NCBI GenBank assembly: GCA_903889905.1
Contig: CAISZI010000042.1
Span: 6,000 to 69,999, forward strand
Origin: Candidatus Wirthbacteria bacterium
GTDB taxonomy: Bacteria; Patescibacteriota; CG2-30-54-11
Length of the DNA: 64,000 nt
Reading direction: 5' to 3'
The notes under the pieces are model-generated. The model was not told the DNA's origin and ran no database searches. It was given only the letters and a program-made list of their open reading frames with translations. The position numbers and the translations under genes are program-made. How positions within the stretch are numbered: position 1 is the stretch's first letter; the number at the start of each line of letters is the position of its first letter. Below are positions 59,065-64,000 of the stretch, piece after piece.

Positions 59065-59829
59065 TTAGAGTTCCTCTGCTGCTTTGTGAGAAAAACGGGT
59101 AAACAAAAATAAACCTAAGATCAAAATGACAATCGTACTGCCAACCACATAAATAACACCGGAAAAATTCGGGATTTTACCCTCCAGCACCGTCAGCCGA
59201 GCATACTGGATCAAACCGGTCATGGGATTCAGAAACAGGAAAAAACGGTATTTGGCGGGAATGAATTCCAAGGGGTAAATAATGGGCGACAGATAAAAAG
59301 CCGCGTTCAAAAATACTTCCCAGATCTGGTTGATGTCCCGAAATTTCAGAAAAATAACACTGAGACAAAGCGAAATTCCCAGCACCAGAAAATACAAAAC
59401 CGCCAGATCTACCAGCAGCAGCAACGCCGTCAAATGAATGGGTTTACCGGAGAGCAAAAAGAAAGCGAGAAAAATCAAAAGGTTCAGCGACAAAGTGATC
59501 AGGGTGTGCACGCTCGAGGCAAACACCACGACAATGCGTGGAAAATAAACTTTTTTGATAATATTCGATTTGTTGAGGAGCGCGTAAAGCCCGGAATTGG
59601 TACCCTCGGAAAAATAGTTCCAGATCATGATGCCCAGCAACAGATAAAGCTGGTAGTTGGGTACATTGAGACGGATAAAAACGGAAAACACCATATACAG
59701 CACCAAAAATTGCAGCAATGGCTTGAGCAGTGTCCAGACAAACCCCAGCACTGAGCCCTGGTAACGCATTTTAAAATCCGTGAGCGCGAGCCGCATGACG
59801 AGTTCAAAATAATTTTGGGAATTTTTCAA
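59065..59829 (-). CDS. wzm: ABC-2 type polysaccharide exporter permease Wzm.
   Basis: 254 aa with 6 TM helices. It sits immediately upstream of wzt with a 3-nt gap. Confidence 0.88.
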   Translation of the reverse strand: MKNSQNYFELVMRLALTDFKMRYQGSVLGFVWTLLKPLLQFLVLYMVFSVFIRLNVPNYQLYLLLGIMIWNYFSEGTNSGLYALLNKSNIIKKVYFPRIVVVFASSVHTLITLSLNLLIFLAFFLLSGKPIHLTALLLLVDLAVLYFLVLGISLCLSVIFLKFRDINQIWEVFLNAAFYLSPIIYPLEFIPAKYRFFLFLNPMTGLIQYARLTVLEGKIPNFSGVIYVVGSTIVILILGLFLFTRFSHKAAEEL

Positions 59830-59856
59830 TGGTTATTTCCAAATAATGCACAAAAA

Positions 59857-61020
59857 TCAAGCAATAAGCTGTTTCAAGAGTTTATTGACCGCCTTGTTTT
59901 TGGTCAATTTGCGTGGGACAAGAAAGTAATTGGGAGAACAAGAATCGGTTTGACCTAAACGGTTATCGGCGTAATGATAATAATAAAGACGGTAGTTAGG
60001 AAGTTTGTTGCTGACGGCAGTCATCCTCTGGCGATCACTGCTTTTTTCGATCATGATTACCGGCCGACAGCGCTCAATCAGAGACTGTAAACCGTCTAAG
60101 ACATCCAGTTCTTTGCCCTGGGTATCAATTTTGACAAAGTATGTGCAAAGCGTCTTGTCAGACAATTTTTTGATTTCAAAATTAAATTCTGCCAATTCCA
60201 CCGGACTCTCGGCATTTTTCAAATATGGCTGAATGCGCTTTCTCCAATTCGCGTTCGCAAATTCTTTCGGGTCAAAACTTCCTTCCTGAGTGAAATAACT
60301 TTCCTCTGCTTTGGGAACATAAAAAGTATGTTCCTGGTCGTTTTTGCCAATACCATAAAGGTAAAATTCCATTTGTCCACGCAGCAGCGCCCGGCAAAAG
60401 GTCAAATTGGGTGCCAGTGTCGCGTTGGGCTCAAAGGACAGGATTTTCATCCGGCCATTGGCATGGGCAAAAGAAACGGCACTTTGCCCAATATTGGCGC
60501 CAATATCAAGGAACACACCCGCGTCGATCTGGCTGAAATTTTCATAAAACTTAAAATCACTTTCGTGGTAAATCTGCTTGTCGTAATAAAAATTAAAGAG
60601 CATTTCACTCTGCGGTTTATCGAGTTGAATTTGCTGCAGCAACTTAGTGGTCTCGGTTGGCGACAAACTTACGTCGGCGACAGAAAAAGCCAGTTTGCGC
60701 ATGTCATTGGACGGGGAATTCTGGAACGCAGGGATGATAAAATCGTCTGCGACAATTTTACATAAAAAATCATTGGACGGGGCCAAAAAGGAAATATTCC
60801 CGTCGTTTTGCAGCGCAACCGACATTAATTCGGTTTCATGATTTACGTCGATGATTCTCAATCTCTGTGGTTGATCGCGTCTGGCCAGGGAAACATACAC
60901 ATTCACTTGTTGTCCCAGGGCGGATTGGATGTGGATAAAGCCAGTTTTGCTGCACCAGATATGCGTCCCTTCGCTGGCGTACCAGCCGGAGACAAAGGCA
61001 ATGGAATCAGAGAGATGCAT
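59857..61020 (-). CDS. FkbM-family methyltransferase.
   Basis: 387 aa, with the Methyltransf_21-type motif FLDIGANIGQSAVSFA in the middle of the protein. Confidence 0.8.
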   Translation of the reverse strand: MHLSDSIAFVSGWYASEGTHIWCSKTGFIHIQSALGQQVNVYVSLARRDQPQRLRIIDVNHETELMSVALQNDGNISFLAPSNDFLCKIVADDFIIPAFQNSPSNDMRKLAFSVADVSLSPTETTKLLQQIQLDKPQSEMLFNFYYDKQIYHESDFKFYENFSQIDAGVFLDIGANIGQSAVSFAHANGRMKILSFEPNATLAPNLTFCRALLRGQMEFYLYGIGKNDQEHTFYVPKAEESYFTQEGSFDPKEFANANWRKRIQPYLKNAESPVELAEFNFEIKKLSDKTLCTYFVKIDTQGKELDVLDGLQSLIERCRPVIMIEKSSDRQRMTAVSNKLPNYRLYYYHYADNRLGQTDSCSPNYFLVPRKLTKNKAVNKLLKQLIA

Positions 61021-61058
61021 ACGGCGACGGGCTCCTTGCTGATGCGTAAACCATGCTT

Positions 61059-62177
61059 CTACGAATTTTCATACCACTGCAGCACCTGACGGACATGCGA
61101 GTCCCAGTTAAATCTGGCCGCCTGCAATAGCCCGAACTGAGCCAGTTTAGCATGGAAGGCTTGGTCCTGCAAAACCTGTGCGGCAGCGGTGACCCAGGCG
61201 TTAACATCCGTTGTCGGTAAGAGCATGTCACTGTTTCCAACCACTTCCGGCAGCGAGGAATTATTCGCAACCAGTACCGGGCATCCGCAACGCATGGCTT
61301 CCAGTGGCGGCAGCCCGAAACCTTCGTAAAAAGATGGATAGACAAACAATGTGGCGGCTGAATAAAACACCGACAAATCAGCCTCAGGGACGTAACCAGT
61401 AAGCACTATATTGGCACGAACTTGAGCTGGCATGGCAGCAAGGCGTGACTCAAAATGCTGCAAAAACCAACCGCTTTTCCCTACCAGGACTAATTTTCCG
61501 TTGAATTTTCCCTGCGTTTGCAGCTGCTCAAACATGTCAACAATCAACCCCAGGTTTTTACGCGGTTCCAGCGTACCGACGTAGAGAATAAAATCTCCAC
61601 TAAGCTGATATTTGTCTTTAAGAATACTTAAAGCATGTTGTCTGAGCATGGGTTTCACAGAGGAACGAGCCGCAAGCAGAGCAGTTTCGATTTGGCCGCG
61701 AACCCTGTAGTGCGCCAGAATATCCTGTTGGGTGTGTTCAGAATCACACAGCACCAGGTCGGCGCGCCGGAAAATGAACGGGAAAATCAATTTGTGGACA
61801 ATGCGGCTGGCGCGGATGTGCCATTCGGGAAAAAGCACTGGCGTCAGGTCATGAATCGTGATGACTTTCTTATACGGGCCACCCCAGAACGTAAACGGCG
61901 CAATGTGGCTCAGGTCGTGTACCAGGTCAAAATGCTCATGGCGTAACAACCACGGTATCCAGAAAAACTTGCGCACTGTCGCCCAGAGTGGCAGTTTGCG
62001 ATGCAGCGGAATGATCTTCTCTCTCTTGCCGTCAAAAAAGGCATTGGGCTTGAGGTGGATATACACGATTTCATGCCCTGGATTATTGCGTTCCAGCGCT
62101 TCGATGAATTCTTTGGCATAAACGTAGATGCCGGCGTACTGTTCATCAATGGGGTCGGCGACGATGGCAATTTTCAT
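61059..62177 (-). CDS. GT4-family glycosyltransferase.
   Basis: The start is set at MKIAIVADPIDEQY (62177), giving an ATGA overlap with the upstream GT4. It has FVYPSFYEGFGLPPLEAMRCGCPV. Confidence 0.85.
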   Translation of the reverse strand: MKIAIVADPIDEQYAGIYVYAKEFIEALERNNPGHEIVYIHLKPNAFFDGKREKIIPLHRKLPLWATVRKFFWIPWLLRHEHFDLVHDLSHIAPFTFWGGPYKKVITIHDLTPVLFPEWHIRASRIVHKLIFPFIFRRADLVLCDSEHTQQDILAHYRVRGQIETALLAARSSVKPMLRQHALSILKDKYQLSGDFILYVGTLEPRKNLGLIVDMFEQLQTQGKFNGKLVLVGKSGWFLQHFESRLAAMPAQVRANIVLTGYVPEADLSVFYSAATLFVYPSFYEGFGLPPLEAMRCGCPVLVANNSSLPEVVGNSDMLLPTTDVNAWVTAAAQVLQDQAFHAKLAQFGLLQAARFNWDSHVRQVLQWYENS

Positions 62178-63277
62178 GACAGACTTTCGTATAATTGCCC
62201 ATACGCAGCAATCATCGTTTGCCATAATGGCAATGGTTTATCTGGTATGACATCAAAATCACCCAAAAGTGCACGCTCCATTGCCTTGACCAGTCCCATC
62301 GCGTCGCCACTGTGGAAATAATTCACTTTGCCCCACAAATTATCCCATAGCGCTCCCCCGTCACTCGCAATCAGCGGCGTACCCAATGCACAGGTTTCCA
62401 GTGCCGATAAGCCAAACCCTTCGCTGTACGATGGCACCACCACGCAACTTACGGACTGGTTGAGATGCAGGAGTTCGTCCCGTGGCAACGCACGCAAAAT
62501 GGTGATCCGTTGCGCATATTTTGTTTGTAAATCCGTAATTTGGCGCAGCAATACGCCATGTTCGGCGGCACCAATGATAAACAAAAAATTAAAATCAACC
62601 CGCTGCGGCAGCAACATCTCGAGTGCCCCAACCAGTACATCCACGCCTTTGGAAACACCCAGGCGACCGAAGTACAAAAAGGTAAACGGATTGGCTGGCC
62701 CCGCTGGACGCCCTGCAGCGCGCGGCTTCAAGACTGGCGGAGCAATGACATCCAAACCATTCCGAATGACCACAATTTTGGCAGCCGGGATCGAAACCTC
62801 CAGCAGCGTCTGTTTGGTGTATTCCGAAACTGCGACATAACGGGTATAAGGAAACAACAGGACTAATCGTTCCAGCAGCCAATGCATCGTCGCCGCTGCG
62901 CGATTAAATCCTTTGAACCAGATCTTGCCCAGCACCTCATGCACGATGATAAGCACGGGTTTACGCTTCAACCTGGCATAAAACCAGGCAGGTATCGCGG
63001 CGCTGTAGGTCGCGGTCTGCACCACGTCAAAATTGACCTTGAGTTTTAGCATGAAGAACAAGGCACTGACAGCAAATAAATAACGATTGGCGCCAAGCCG
63101 ATGGACTTCGACACCGTTTAGGCGCTCGCTTGCGGCGACGCCAGCACAACCGGTTGTAATCACGACAACCTGATGCCCACGCACGGCCAACCCTTCGGCC
63201 AGCCGCTGATACACCAGTTCGGCACCGCCAATTCTGGGCGCATAATTATCCACAACCAGCAACACATTTGCGGCCAA
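62174..63277 (-). CDS. GT4-family glycosyltransferase.
   Basis: 367 aa with NYAPRIGGAE and VVPSYSEGFGLSALETCALGTPLI. Confidence 0.85.
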   Translation of the reverse strand: MAANVLLVVDNYAPRIGGAELVYQRLAEGLAVRGHQVVVITTGCAGVAASERLNGVEVHRLGANRYLFAVSALFFMLKLKVNFDVVQTATYSAAIPAWFYARLKRKPVLIIVHEVLGKIWFKGFNRAAATMHWLLERLVLLFPYTRYVAVSEYTKQTLLEVSIPAAKIVVIRNGLDVIAPPVLKPRAAGRPAGPANPFTFLYFGRLGVSKGVDVLVGALEMLLPQRVDFNFLFIIGAAEHGVLLRQITDLQTKYAQRITILRALPRDELLHLNQSVSCVVVPSYSEGFGLSALETCALGTPLIASDGGALWDNLWGKVNYFHSGDAMGLVKAMERALLGDFDVIPDKPLPLWQTMIAAYGQLYESLS

Positions 63278-63279
63278 GC

Positions 63280-63612
63280 TTATCTCCCCATGCCGATTTG
63301 CCGAAGCGCGTCCTCGCGAACCATCTGGGTCAGTTTATTTTCCAGCTCGTCAACAATGATCGTGAGCCGGCCAAAGCCATACAACAAAACCAGAATGGAG
63401 AACAAAAAAAGTGCATTCGACCCGGTTCGGATACCAATCAAGTGGGAAAAATTCGACAAATAACTCGGTTCATAACCAAAAAAACCAACCACACCCCAGA
63501 AAACCAACCAAAACAGCAGTTCTTTCCAGGTACGTTCGTGGTGGCTGTAATAGGAAAACTGGCGCAAAATCATAAACAGCGCAAAAATCGGTACCAGCAA
63601 ATGTATAACCAT
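63280..63612 (-). CDS. Small membrane protein, DUF2304-like (the GT2-associated family).
   Basis: 110 aa with 3 TM helices. It lies directly downstream of a GT2 fragment, which is the arrangement typical of GT2-DUF2304 pairs. Confidence 0.55.
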   Translation of the reverse strand: MVIHLLVPIFALFMILRQFSYYSHHERTWKELLFWLVFWGVVGFFGYEPSYLSNFSHLIGIRTGSNALFLFSILVLLYGFGRLTIIVDELENKLTQMVREDALRQIGMGR

Positions 63613-63619
63613 AAAATTC

Positions 63620-64000
63620 CTAGCGCATCAAAGATTTAATAATCAGACGAAAAACAGTTTCCGCGCCCTGGACAAAATTCTGCCCTTTGCCACGACCATA
63701 GCTGTCATAGACCACACTGATCGGAACTTCGGCATGGCGTAGTTTCGTCACTTTCATTTTGGCAAACAATTCCGAAGCAAAATCATAACCGCTGCTTTCA
63801 AAATGGATCGCCTGCAAAGCTTTGGCATTAAAGGCCCGCATACCGCTCTGGCTGTCACTCACCCACATGCCGGCCAGCGCAAACGTGAGCCAGATGGCAA
63901 CACGGTTGTAAAAACGGTTCAGGGTTGGCACGGGATTGGGTGTCAAAAAGCGTGAACCAATGACGACATCCGCCGTATGCTCAAGCAGTGGCTTGATCAT
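63620..64000 (-). CDS. C-terminal part of a GT2 glycosyltransferase. The gene continues beyond the window end.
   Basis: 126 aa are visible (VVIGSRFL ... FASELFAK). The ATG at the window edge is probably internal. Confidence 0.55.
   Translation of the reverse strand: MIKPLLEHTADVVIGSRFLTPNPVPTLNRFYNRVAIWLTFALAGMWVSDSQSGMRAFNAKALQAIHFESSGYDFASELFAKMKVTKLRHAEVPISVVYDSYGRGKGQNFVQGAETVFRLIIKSLMR

Overview
This 64 kb bacterial window is gene-dense and almost entirely minus-strand. I could not find any tRNA, rRNA, CRISPR array, transposase or integrase in it. From left to right it contains:

- A 3'-truncated hypothetical gene (1..539, minus) that the ORF track omits because it has no in-window stop codon.
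- uvrA (719..3625), followed by a clean rho-independent terminator.
- A 3272-aa giant, acidic, helix-rich protein with no TM segment and no signal peptide. It carries at least four to five copies of a ~45-aa beta-rich module. The protein has no recognisable catalytic domain and is the most interesting single gene in the window.
- The only plus-strand island (13.7-18.1 kb):
  - A tightly promoter- and terminator-bounded 96-aa helical protein.
  - A proline-rich 349-aa protein.
  - A 2-TM-anchored P-loop ATPase of the FtsK/HerA/VirD4 (type IV coupling protein) superfamily.
  - The latter two genes are bracketed by direct copies of a ~140-nt nested-hairpin repeat (14039..14177 and 18300..18440, plus a degenerate tandem copy at 18147..18265). 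The two good copies show compensatory stem changes, which suggests a structured-RNA or MITE-like element.
  - By eye this cassette is GC-richer than its surroundings.
- A co-directional housekeeping run: ftsW/rodA, an orphan parA, a YjeF-C NAD(P)HX dehydratase, an orphan histidine kinase, a sugar nucleotidyltransferase, hpf, serS, and ftsZ (which I re-started at a GTG with an AGGAGG RBS), ftsA, ftsQ, gmk, lspA and a DksA/TraR zinc-finger protein.
- A glycan-biosynthesis locus of more than 33 kb (30.6 kb to the window end), containing:
  - A DUF4012-like protein, a YvcK-like protein, GtrA/GtrB, and several GT2 and GT4 glycosyltransferases.
  - Two sugar aminotransferases and a GNAT acetyltransferase.
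  - A complete CDP-3,6-dideoxyhexose pathway (ddhA, ddhB, an E1 dehydrase with active-site His, and an E3-like reductase lacking its ferredoxin domain), fused in an operon with a YerE/acetolactate-synthase-like TPP enzyme and a DmpG/DmpF-type aldolase/acylating-dehydrogenase pair.
  - Two large polytopic GT-C-like membrane proteins and a tandem double-GT4.
  - A Wzm/Wzt ABC exporter whose Wzt has a C-terminal glycan-binding domain, flanked by two methyltransferases.
  - A GT2-DUF2304 pair running off the window edge.
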